Shown here in pieces: positions 1-8,491 of a stretch of 64,000 nucleotides of DNA; positions within the stretch are counted from its first letter, which is position 1, and each line of letters begins with the position of its first letter. Position numbers and translations under genes: made by a program. Below the pieces are notes generated by a model. The model had not been told where the DNA came from, made no database searches, and was given only the letters and a program-made list of their open reading frames with translations. The stretch comes from Anaeromyxobacter sp. Its GTDB lineage: Bacteria > Myxococcota > Myxococcia > Myxococcales > Anaeromyxobacteraceae. The stretch is taken from assembly GCA_049840735.1 (NCBI GenBank), contig JASGJN010000022.1, positions 544,001-608,000 of the forward strand, in the 5' to 3' direction.

Positions 1-443
1 TGCTGCACGTGGTGGGCTTCGGGACCTACTGGACATACGCGGGCCACGACTTCCTGGGCGCGTCGGCGTCCACCACCGACCCCCAGTACAGCGGCGCCAA
101 CGCCGTCAACGCCTACGTGGGCTACAACGGCGGCAGCGGCACCACCGTGCCGGTCGAGGGCACCGGCGGCGCGGGCACCAAGAACGCGCACTGGCGGGAG
201 ACCACCTTCAAGAACGAGCTCATGACCGGCTGGCTCAACGGGTACCCGACGGCAGCGCCCATGAGCCGGACCACCATCGCCTCGCTGCAGGACATCGGCT
301 ACACGGTGGACGTCACGCAGGCGGACGCCTACGACATCGACACGGCCATCTCGAACCTGCTGGCCCCAGGCGCCGACGCCCGGATCCTGGACGTCAGCGA
401 CGACGCGCTGCCCTTCACGCCCCGGCCAGTCCCGGGCCTCTGA
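1..443 (+). CDS. Leishmanolysin-like (M8) zinc metallopeptidase, C-terminal part (5' end outside window)
   Basis: Frame reads LHVVGFG...HWRETTFKNELMTG...SRTTIASLQDIGY; close paralog of the next gene. Confidence 0.8.
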   Translation, partial: LHVVGFGTYWTYAGHDFLGASASTTDPQYSGANAVNAYVGYNGGSGTTVPVEGTGGAGTKNAHWRETTFKNELMTGWLNGYPTAAPMSRTTIASLQDIGYTVDVTQADAYDIDTAISNLLAPGADARILDVSDDALPFTPRPVPGL

Positions 444-491
444 GCGGGCGCAGGTTTATATCCCCGGCGCGCAGCTCGCGCGGAGGCGACA

Positions 492-2018
492 ATGGACAAG
501 GCCCTCGGATCCTTCGGCGCGACTCGCACCGTCTCTCGGCGGGGGGGCTCGCACCGCACCCGGCTGGCGCTCCTGGCGGCCCTGGTGGCTGGCTCGGGCG
601 CCTGCGGCGGTGGCGGCGGCTCCTCCAACTCGGCCCCCACGGCCGCGGTGGCGGCGCCCGCCAACGCGTCCACCAGCATCTCGGCCGGGCAGGCGCTCTC
701 CTACGCGGCCACCTGCACCGACCCGGACGGTGACCCCACCTACAAGGAGTGGGTCTTCCCCAGCGGCACCCCGTCCAGCTCCACCACCCTGACCGGCTCG
801 GTGGCCTGGTCCGCGGCTGGCAGCTACGTCGTCACCTTCCGGTGCCGGGACTCGGGCAACCGCTACTCGTCGCTCCTGACGCGGACGGTGGTGGTGGGCG
901 ACGCGCTGCCGCCCGCCTCGGTGGTGGCCTACTCGGTGACCTCCCAGACCGGTCACCCCAGCGAGGGGATCAGCGATCGACCAGCAGTGAAGGTGGAGGA
1001 CCAGAACGGGACCGGGGTGGGCGGCGTCCAGGTCACGTTCGCCGTCACGCAGGGCGGCGGCGCCATCTCCAGCACCACCGCCACCTCGGACATCAACGGC
1101 ATCGCGCGGCTGGCGTCCTGGACGCTCGGCACCTCGGGCGCACAGACGGTCACCGCCACCGCCTCCGGCTTCGACCCGGTCACCTTCCAGGCCACGCTCG
1201 ACGGGACGAGCTCGCATTTCCACATCCAGCTCCTCTTCCTGGCCGAGCCCTCGGCCGAGGTGCGCTCGGCCTTCACCAGCGCCGCGGAGCGGATCGGGCG
1301 GGTGGTGACGCTGGAGGAGACGAACTACCACGTGACCGCGACCGCGGCCGAGATGGCCGGCTGCGGCGACACCGCGGTGGACGTGCAGGCGGACGACCTG
1401 GTGATCCTGGCCGACGTCACGGCCATCGACGGCGGCGGCGGCATCCTGGGACAGGCCGGCCCCTGCCTGTACCGCACCGGCGGCACCCAGCTGCCCATCC
1501 TCGGGCTGATGCAGTTCGACGAGGTGGACCTGGCGAACATGGACGTCCACGACCTCGACTCGGTGATCCTCCACGAGATGCTGCACGTGGTGGGCTTCGG
1601 GACGTACTGGCAGTTCGGCAACAACCTGCTGGGCAGCACCGGCTCCACCACCAACCCGCAGTTCAACGGCTCCTTCGCCGTCAGCGCCTACACGGCCTAC
1701 AACGGCGGCAGCGGCACCACCGTGCCGGTCGAGGGCACCGGCGGCGCGGGCACCAAGAACGCGCACTGGCGGGAGACCACCTTCAAGAACGAGCTCATGA
1801 CCGGCTGGCTCAACGGGTACCCGACGGCAGCGCCCATGAGCCGGACCACCATCGCCTCGCTGCAGGACATCGGCTACACGGTGGACGTCACCCAGGCGGA
1901 CGCGTTCGACATCACCACCGCGGTCTCCAACCTCCTGGCCCCCGGCGTCGAGGCCCGCGTCTACGACGTGAGCGAGGACCACCTGCCCTTCACCCCCCGG
2001 CCGGTCCCGGCCCAGTAG
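492..2018 (+). CDS. Lipoprotein with PKD/Ig-like domains and M8-like zinc metallopeptidase domain
   Basis: Lipobox-like SGAC plus Gly linker; beta-rich Ig-like segments; HEMLH zincin motif, HW and ELMT motifs. Confidence 0.8.
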   Translation: MDKALGSFGATRTVSRRGGSHRTRLALLAALVAGSGACGGGGGSSNSAPTAAVAAPANASTSISAGQALSYAATCTDPDGDPTYKEWVFPSGTPSSSTTLTGSVAWSAAGSYVVTFRCRDSGNRYSSLLTRTVVVGDALPPASVVAYSVTSQTGHPSEGISDRPAVKVEDQNGTGVGGVQVTFAVTQGGGAISSTTATSDINGIARLASWTLGTSGAQTVTATASGFDPVTFQATLDGTSSHFHIQLLFLAEPSAEVRSAFTSAAERIGRVVTLEETNYHVTATAAEMAGCGDTAVDVQADDLVILADVTAIDGGGGILGQAGPCLYRTGGTQLPILGLMQFDEVDLANMDVHDLDSVILHEMLHVVGFGTYWQFGNNLLGSTGSTTNPQFNGSFAVSAYTAYNGGSGTTVPVEGTGGAGTKNAHWRETTFKNELMTGWLNGYPTAAPMSRTTIASLQDIGYTVDVTQADAFDITTAVSNLLAPGVEARVYDVSEDHLPFTPRPVPAQ

Positions 2019-2076
2019 GCGCGCGCAGGTGTAGATTCCTCCGCGCCCCCGGCCAGCGCCGGGGCGCGGAGGCGCC

Positions 2077-3078
2077 ATGGACAAGGTCCGCTTCGGCATC
2101 CTCTCCACCGCCCGCATCGGGCTGGAGAAGGTCATCCCGGCCATGCAGCGCAGCGCGCTCTGCGAGGTGCGCGCCATCGCTTCGCGGTCGGAGAAGCCGG
2201 CCCGCGAGGCGGCCGCGCGGCTGGGCATCCCGGTGGTGCACGGCTCGTACGAGGCGCTGCTGGCGGACCCGGAGATCGAGGCGGTCTACATCCCGGTCCC
2301 GAACCAGCTCCACGTGTCGCTGGCGCTGCAGGCCGCGGCGGCGGGAAAGCACGTGCTGCTCGAGAAGCCCGCCGCGCTCACCGCCGCCGAGGCGGCGCAG
2401 CTGCGCGAGGCGGCCCGCCGCGTGATCGTGGCCGAGGCGTTCATGGTGCGCTACCACCCGCAGTGGCAGCGGGCCCGCGAGCTGGTGCGGGCGGGGCGCC
2501 TCGGCGAGCTGCGGGCGGTGCAGGTCTTCTTCTCCTACTTCAACACCGACCCGGCCAACATCCGCAACCGGGTCGAGACCGGCGGCGGCGCGCTCTACGA
2601 CATCGGCTGCTACGCCATCGTGGCCGGCCGCTTCCTCTTCGGGGCCGAGCCGGCCCGCGCGGTGTCGCTGGTGGACCGCGACCCGCAGCTGGGGACCGAC
2701 CGGACCACCAGCGCCGTGCTCGACTTCGGCGGCGGCCGCCACCTGGGCTTCACCGTCTCGACCCAGTGCGCGACCTACCAGCGCGTGCAGGCGGTGGGCA
2801 CCAAGGGTCGGCTGGAGATCCTGATCCCCTTCAACGCGCCGCAGGGCGCCGCCACCCGCATCCACGTGGACGACGCCAGCTCGCTCGAGGGCGCCGGGAT
2901 CGTGACCGAGACCTTGCCGCCGTCGGATCAGTACACGCTGCAGGGCGACGCCTTCGCCCGCGCCGTGCGCGGGCAGGCCGAGGCGCTCCCCTGGGGCGTG
3001 GAGGACGCGATCTGGAACCTGCGCGCCATCGACGCCGTGTTCCGCTCCGAGCAGAGCGGGCGGTGGGAGGCCGTCTGA
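2077..3078 (+). CDS. Gfo/Idh/MocA family oxidoreductase
   Basis: VRFGILSTARIG, GKHVLLEKP, GGGALYDIGCY; GGAGG RBS. Confidence 0.92.
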   Translation: MDKVRFGILSTARIGLEKVIPAMQRSALCEVRAIASRSEKPAREAAARLGIPVVHGSYEALLADPEIEAVYIPVPNQLHVSLALQAAAAGKHVLLEKPAALTAAEAAQLREAARRVIVAEAFMVRYHPQWQRARELVRAGRLGELRAVQVFFSYFNTDPANIRNRVETGGGALYDIGCYAIVAGRFLFGAEPARAVSLVDRDPQLGTDRTTSAVLDFGGGRHLGFTVSTQCATYQRVQAVGTKGRLEILIPFNAPQGAATRIHVDDASSLEGAGIVTETLPPSDQYTLQGDAFARAVRGQAEALPWGVEDAIWNLRAIDAVFRSEQSGRWEAV

Positions 3079-3086
3079 TCGGCCGC

Positions 3087-3125
3087 TCGTGATCCGCGAT
3101 CACCTGGCGGTGTCACGGATCACGA
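3087..3125. terminator. Hairpin between convergent genes (possible bidirectional terminator)
   Basis: TCGTGATCCG...CGGATCACGA inverted repeat; no U-tract. Confidence 0.4.
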
Positions 3126-3166
3126 CCGCCGTCCGGGGCCCCCACCCCCCGCCGCTGCCGGCGACG

Positions 3167-3448
3167 CTACTGCGTCCCGCCGCCAGTGCCCCCGCCGGTG
3201 CCGCCTGCGCCGCCGGAGGACGAGCCGTTGCCCGACGATCCGCCGCCGGTGCCGCCGCCCGGGCTCATGCCGCCGCCGGCGTCGCTGCCCGAGGAGCCCG
3301 TGCCGCCGGTGCTGCTGCCGGTGTCACTCGCGCCGCTGCCGGTCCCGCTGGAGCCGCTGCCGCTGCTCTTGCTGCCGGACGGCGGGCAGCCGAGCGCGCC
3401 CGCGAGCGCCGCGACGCCCACCGCCATCTTCCACCATGTCGCCTTCAT
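3167..3448 (-). CDS. Small Gly/Ser/Thr-rich lipoprotein
   Basis: AGGAGG RBS; signal peptide ending ALGC; low-complexity mature part. Confidence 0.7.
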   Translation of the reverse strand: MKATWWKMAVGVAALAGALGCPPSGSKSSGSGSSGTGSGASDTGSSTGGTGSSGSDAGGGMSPGGGTGGGSSGNGSSSGGAGGTGGGTGGGTQ

Positions 3449-3546
3449 CTGCCCCCTCCTGAGTGGCTGTTCCGACAGAACCTAAGGCCACCCCGTGGCG
3501 GCGCGGAGTCCCCCCGGACCGGCCGTACGCCACGTTCGAGGGCGGG

Positions 3547-3856
3547 CCTTCGACTCCGGGCCGCTGCGCGGCCCTACGCTCAGGCCGAACGGGGGCAGGC
3601 TCCCGTTCGACCCTGGGCGTAGCGATCAGGCCGAACGGGGGCTGGATCCCGTTCGACCCTGGGCGTAGCGATCAGGCTGAACGGGGGCGGGATTCCGTTC
3701 GCCCTGGGCGTAGCGATCAGGCCGAACGGGGGCTGGATTCCGTTCGCCCTGGGCGTGGCGATCAGGCCGAAACGGGGGCTGGATTCCGTTCGCCCTGAGC
3801 GTAGCGACCCGGGCCGCCGCAGCGGGCGTCGCTCACCGGGTCGCGGAGTCGAAGGG
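3547..3856. repeat. REP-like composite: two inverted REP copies enclosing five tandem 45-46 bp hairpin units
   Basis: Units CAGGCCGAACGGGGGC-n-CCGTTCG(A)CCCTGGGCGTAGCGAT start at 3581, 3627, 3673, 3718, 3763; outer ends CCTTCGACTCCG and CGGAGTCGAAGG. Confidence 0.9.
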
Positions 3857-3875
3857 CAGGGCCCCGCACGCTGGA

Positions 3876-5813
3876 TCAGCGCCGCGGCGTGCGCCCGGCG
3901 GGGGAGCCGGCGAGCGCGGCCACGACCTGCGCGCGCCAGCCCTGGTTCCGGGCGAGCACGTCCTCGCGCGCCGTGCCGTAGGGAACGTCCGGGAGCACCG
4001 GCCGGTTCTCGAAGGCCATGCCCTCGAGGAAGCGCTCCGGCGGGGCGGTGGTGCCGCCGGCGAAGCCGGGCGGGAGCACGCCCATGGCGGCGTTGGGGAT
4101 CGACACCGTCAGCTGCGAGCCCGCGTCGGTCCAGCGCGCCGAGAGGTCCTTGGTCTCCTGCTGGCTGGCGCCGGCGCCCTCGGTCGGCCCGCCCACCAGC
4201 GTGGCCCGGCCGCTGCTGCGCAGCAGCGCCGCCAGCCGGTCGCAGGCGCTCATGCAGGCCGGCGAGGTGAGCGCGACGACACGGCCGGTGAACCCGTCGC
4301 CGGAGGGCCGGAGCGGCGGGTCGAGGAAGGCCGGCGTCAGCTCCTGGTGCTGCTGCCGCGCCTCGCGGATGGCGGCCAGCACCTCGGCCGCGCCGCTGCC
4401 GTCGCGCACCGGCCTGCCGCCGCCCGGGCCCAGCGCGCCCACCACCGGCGCGCGGGCGCGGTAGACGCGCTCGTTGCGGGCGGTGGCGCGCAGCACCAGC
4501 GCGCCGCCCGGCGCGGTCTCGCCGGGGCGGCCCAGCATGGCGGCCAGCCCGGTGGAGTGGGCCAGGTAGCCGCCCTCGTTCTGCCGCAGGTCGAGCACCA
4601 GGTCCTGCCCGCGGGCCTGGCAGCCGGCCACGAAGTCCTGCAACACGTCCAGGTAGGGCCGCCGCCGGCCGCCGGCGCTGAGCCCCTCGGAGTGGAAGGA
4701 GAGGAGCTGCGCGTAGCAGTAGCGCGCGCCCTGCGGGCCCAAGCCCTGGCCCAGCCGCGCCGCCAGGGCGCCGCCGTCGCCGGTGTAGGGCGTGAGCGCC
4801 GCGGCCTCCTCCGGCGCCAGGACCGGGTCGCCGCGCAGGAGCCCGTCGCGATCGCCCCGCTCGCGCAGCCAGGGGCCACGCGCGTCGGCGCGCCAGTCGA
4901 TGCGGTCGTCGCCGGTCACGCCGGTGCGGGCCAGCCAGGCGCGGACCAGCGGCTGGTCGCGCCCGTCCGGCCCCACCGCCCAGCGCAGCGTGACGGTGCG
5001 CCGCCCGGTGCCGTCCTCCAGCGTGAGGGCGGTGGTGGCGGCGGCGGGGTAGAGGAAGTCGCGGCGGGTGAGCGCGTCCACCGCCCGCTCCTGGCGCGCC
5101 GCGGCGGAGCTGCCCGGGACGTGGGCGGCCAGCTCGGCCAGCACCGCCGCCACCGGGCGCCCGTCCACCGCCACCAGCGCGTCGCCCACCCGCGGCGGCG
5201 CCACCGGGCCGCCCTCGGCGGCGCGTGCCGCGGCGAGCAGCGGGTCGAGGTGCGCCACCACCACGGCGCCGTCGGCCAGCTGGCGCACCCGCAGCCCGAG
5301 CGCCACAGGCGGCAGGCGCTTCGGCAGCGAGGGGATGAGGTGGCCGTCCTCGAAGGCGGAGAGGCAGGCGCGCATCCGGTCGTGGAACCGGAGCGGCTGG
5401 TCCTCCTCGGCCACGGCCGCCTCGGCGGCGACGCAGCCGTCGAGCTGGGCGCGGGCGTCGAAGCGCGGGGCGCCGCTCGCGGCCAGCAGCGCGCCCTTCA
5501 GGTGGAAGAAGACGTACCGGCGCTCCATGGCCTCGCGCAGCTCGCAGGCCACCTGCACCCGCTGCTGGGCGCTGCAGAGCGCGCGGCCCTGGCAGGCCTC
5601 GGGCGGCGGAGGCAGCTCGGCCCGGCACGGGTCGGCCTCGTCCTCCACGACCGGGTCCTCGATGACGTCGTCCACCTCCGCGCCGGCCGGGACGGCCGGG
5701 CCGGTCGAGGTGGAGGGCGTGGCCCGCACCACCTGACCGCTCCCGGCGCCGGCCGCTGCGGCGCAGGAGAGGAGGCAGAGCATGGCTGCGGCGAGTGGGA
5801 GTCGGGAGCGCAT
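3876..5813 (-). CDS. Secreted S41 family peptidase with PDZ domain
   Basis: Signal MRSRLPLAAAMLCLL; PDZ-like VGDALVAVDG; DLRQNEGG, LTSPACMSACD, VGGPTEGAG. Confidence 0.8.
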   Translation of the reverse strand: MRSRLPLAAAMLCLLSCAAAAGAGSGQVVRATPSTSTGPAVPAGAEVDDVIEDPVVEDEADPCRAELPPPPEACQGRALCSAQQRVQVACELREAMERRYVFFHLKGALLAASGAPRFDARAQLDGCVAAEAAVAEEDQPLRFHDRMRACLSAFEDGHLIPSLPKRLPPVALGLRVRQLADGAVVVAHLDPLLAAARAAEGGPVAPPRVGDALVAVDGRPVAAVLAELAAHVPGSSAAARQERAVDALTRRDFLYPAAATTALTLEDGTGRRTVTLRWAVGPDGRDQPLVRAWLARTGVTGDDRIDWRADARGPWLRERGDRDGLLRGDPVLAPEEAAALTPYTGDGGALAARLGQGLGPQGARYCYAQLLSFHSEGLSAGGRRRPYLDVLQDFVAGCQARGQDLVLDLRQNEGGYLAHSTGLAAMLGRPGETAPGGALVLRATARNERVYRARAPVVGALGPGGGRPVRDGSGAAEVLAAIREARQQHQELTPAFLDPPLRPSGDGFTGRVVALTSPACMSACDRLAALLRSSGRATLVGGPTEGAGASQQETKDLSARWTDAGSQLTVSIPNAAMGVLPPGFAGGTTAPPERFLEGMAFENRPVLPDVPYGTAREDVLARNQGWRAQVVAALAGSPAGRTPRR

Positions 5814-6123
5814 CGTCACGGGGCCGGCGCGGCGAGGGAGCCCGCGCGCCGTCCCCCGGAGAACGGGCCATCCCGGGCGGAGAATTTCCGGAAGGGTTCG
5901 CTCAGCGTGTATGTCTCCGGCCACACCGAGGGTGACGTGCGCAGAGGCGGTGGCGCGGCGGCGGGGTGCGCCGAGGTGGGTGGGTGCAACCGTCCGCAGG
6001 TCGCGGGGTTGCGCGCGTGCTGCCCGCGCGCCCGGGCGCGCAGGTGGTCGAATGGGGCCGGTGTGGGCGCGCGGCGCCGGGCGTAGCCACTCCGCTCCTG
6101 CGATGCGCTAGGCTCCGCTACCA

Positions 6124-6768
6124 ATGACCCATCGGCACGTGGCGTACCTGGCCGGCTTCCTGGGCGCGACCGCCGCGGCGGCGGCCGGCGCAGGGATCCA
6201 GGCGCAGACCGGCCGCCCCGGCGCGGCGCTCTTCGCCTTCGTCGTCGCGGGCGCCTTCCTCTCGCTGCTGCTGGTGCCGCGCCTCGACGCCGGCAAGGCG
6301 GCCGGTCCGGTGCCCAACACCTTCAGGCCCAGCGCCGGCCTCCTGGTCACCGACGGCGCCGGGCGCGTGCTGGCGCTGGAGCGGCGCAAGGTGCCCGGGG
6401 CCTGGCAGCTCCCGCAGGGCGGGATTGATCCGGGGGAGTCGGCGGAGGCCGGCGCCTGGCGCGAGCTGCAGGAGGAGACCGGGCTCACCGCCAGCGGCGT
6501 CGTGCTGGTGCGGATCGCGCCGCGCTGGATCGCCTACGAGCTGCCGGAGGCGATGCGCTCGGCCAAGACCGGGCGCGGCCAGGCGCAGCTCTGGTTCCTG
6601 TTCCGCGCCGCCGGCGCGCCGCTCCCGGCGCCCGGCGAGGAGGCGCGCGCCTGGGCCTGGAAGCCGATGGCCGAGGTGCTGGCCGAGGTCGCGCCCTTCC
6701 GCCGGCCGGTGTACGAGGCGGTGGCGGAGCTGTTCGCGGCGGAGCTGGGTGGAACCGCGGGTCGCTAG
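6124..6768 (+). CDS. RppH-like Nudix hydrolase with two N-terminal hydrophobic helices
   Basis: WQLPQGGIDPGESAEAGAWRELQEETGL Nudix box; RGQAQLWF and PFRRPVY resemble RppH. Confidence 0.75.
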   Translation: MTHRHVAYLAGFLGATAAAAAGAGIQAQTGRPGAALFAFVVAGAFLSLLLVPRLDAGKAAGPVPNTFRPSAGLLVTDGAGRVLALERRKVPGAWQLPQGGIDPGESAEAGAWRELQEETGLTASGVVLVRIAPRWIAYELPEAMRSAKTGRGQAQLWFLFRAAGAPLPAPGEEARAWAWKPMAEVLAEVAPFRRPVYEAVAELFAAELGGTAGR

Positions 6769-6825
6769 AGCGCTCGGCGCCGCGCTGAGGGGCCCTGCCG
6801 GAGCGCTGCCCGCGGCTTGCAGGGT

Positions 6826-6991
6826 GGGGGCCCCAGCGCAGCTGGGGGAGGGGCGCAGCCCCTCGACGCTGGGTGCCGCGCAAGGGCCCAATCCCCTGTC
6901 TTGACGATCTCGGCCCGCAGCGCGGCGGGACCCAGCGCAGCAGGGGTGGGGCCCCAGGAGCTTTGCTCCTGGGGCGGGGACGTCAGTCCCC
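6826..6991. repeat. Cluster of short GC palindromes (GGGGCGCAGCCCC-type)
   Basis: CCCCAGCGCAGCTGGGG, GAGGGGCGCAGCCCCTC, CCCCAGGAGCTTTGCTCCTGGGG between convergent genes. Confidence 0.55.
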
Positions 6992-6995
6992 GTTC

Positions 6996-7041
6996 AAAAG
7001 AAGGGGGCGGATCCCGGCCCGTCAACCGGAACCCGCCCCCC
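6996..7041 (-). terminator. Rho-independent terminator of the 7105-8079 gene
   Basis: Minus strand GGGGGCGGGTTCCGG-loop-CCGGGATCCGCCCCC followed by TTCTTTT. Confidence 0.75.
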
Positions 7042-7104
7042 GATGCCCAAGGCTCGCCGCCTGAGGCCCTGCTACATCCCCCCCGCCCCCGGTCCTGCTG
7101 GGTC

Positions 7105-8079
7105 CTACTGCTCCTCGCCCGTCGGGCAGACGCCGCAGTCGCTCTGGCAGGCGTCCGCCGTGGTGCCCGTGCCGCAGTGCTCGGTGAACTGGCACACGCC
7201 GTCACCGCACCGGTAGATGTCCGAGCCCTTCACCCGCGTGGAGAGCGCGTGGTAGGCGACGCCGCCCCAGGTGCAGGTGTCGTAGCTGATCCCGCTCGCC
7301 GACGGCGTGCACACGGTCGCGCAGTGGCCCACGTGGACCAGCGGCGGGCAGGCCACGCTCACGCCCGCGGCCTGGTCGTGCAGCGCGCAGGCGCGGGGGC
7401 TGGAGACGGCGGCGTCGCGCCCGGGGTGGTCGAGGCCGACGAAGTAGCCCTGCCCGTCGAACACGTTGCCGAAGAAGCAGCCCTCGCGCTGGGAGAAGGT
7501 GCGCAGCTCGTCGGCCGACACCTCGATCTCCTCGCCGCCCGCCGTGCGCCCCTCCACCGCGATGGTCACGCTCACGCCGTAGCGGTTGGAGAGCGCGGCC
7601 AGGCAGGCCGAGACCGCCTGCTTCTCCGCCACCGTCGGAGCGGCGCCCGCCGCCCACGCCGGCGCCAGCCCCAGGCCGCCGGGCCAGGCGTAGGTGACGC
7701 CGCTCACCGGATGCGTCCAGGTCAGCGTCGCGCCGGCCGGCGCCGCGCAGCGGTAGGTGTAGCGGAGGAAGACCTCGGCCAGCTGGGGCGAGCTGTCGAA
7801 CCAGCTCACGAAGTCGGCCGAGCCGAGCGTTGCGGGCGAGATCCCGTTCTGGCTGATGCCGTTCTGGGAGATCCCGTTCTGCGAGATGCCGTTCTGGCTG
7901 ATGCCGTTCGCGCCCTCGAGGCCGGCCTGACCGCCCGCGAAGTGGTCCAGGGCCTGGCCGAGCTCGTCGCCGCTCGTGTCCACCACGCCGCGGGGAGCCT
8001 GGCTGCAGCCTGCAGTGAGGAGGAATGCCACGGTCGCGATCGCGCTCCGCAGGGCCCCCAGGTGTCGGATGGTAAGCAT
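7105..8079 (-). CDS. Cys-rich lipoprotein with NGISQ pentapeptide repeats
   Basis: GGAGG RBS; LTAGC lipobox; five NGIS(Q/P) units; C-terminal CGDGVC...DCGVC module. Confidence 0.8.
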   Translation of the reverse strand: MLTIRHLGALRSAIATVAFLLTAGCSQAPRGVVDTSGDELGQALDHFAGGQAGLEGANGISQNGISQNGISQNGISQNGISPATLGSADFVSWFDSSPQLAEVFLRYTYRCAAPAGATLTWTHPVSGVTYAWPGGLGLAPAWAAGAAPTVAEKQAVSACLAALSNRYGVSVTIAVEGRTAGGEEIEVSADELRTFSQREGCFFGNVFDGQGYFVGLDHPGRDAAVSSPRACALHDQAAGVSVACPPLVHVGHCATVCTPSASGISYDTCTWGGVAYHALSTRVKGSDIYRCGDGVCQFTEHCGTGTTADACQSDCGVCPTGEEQ

Positions 8080-8368
8080 CTTGTTGTCCTCCTGGTCGGC
8101 GCTGCGTCCGATCCGGCGATACCGAGAGTGTGACGGGCCGATTGTTTGTCCCGCGTTTGCGGCGCTGCAAGGTAGGCGGTGCGCTTACCCGAACTCGCGA
8201 CCTCTGACTCCAACGGGGGAGTGGCGCTCACCCGGGTGCTCGCCTCCCGTCCCCAAATTCGATTACCCAACGATCGCGGGTCATTGGGGCGGACCCAGGT
8301 TGGCGGCCCAGGTGATGTAAGCTGGGGTAAATAGGGGCGACTCGGGTTTGGTGTACCTGAGTCACGGG

Positions 8369-8387
8369 ATGCACTTTCATGCACTTT
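8369..8387. promoter_or_regulatory. Candidate direct-repeat transcription factor site
   Basis: ATGCACTTT twice at 10-bp period in an AT-richer divergent intergenic region. Confidence 0.35.
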
Positions 8388-8491
8388 GGGTACGCAAACA
8401 TAACCTGAACGGGTTGCCGCGAGCGTCTGATGCACCGTGCGTGTAACAATGCCCTTCACGACGGACCGAGCTGGTCCGCCCGACCGCGCCC

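Noticed and set aside
456..2228. Long antisense and alternate-frame ORFs here and throughout (e.g. 8456-12433, 9127-12645, 30601-35055, 39282-43778)
   Set aside because: Shadow ORFs expected from GC-biased codon usage; they overlap motif-bearing genes
3581..3807. CRISPR array
   Set aside because: Variable parts are about 10 bp and near-identical; no unique spacers or cas genes
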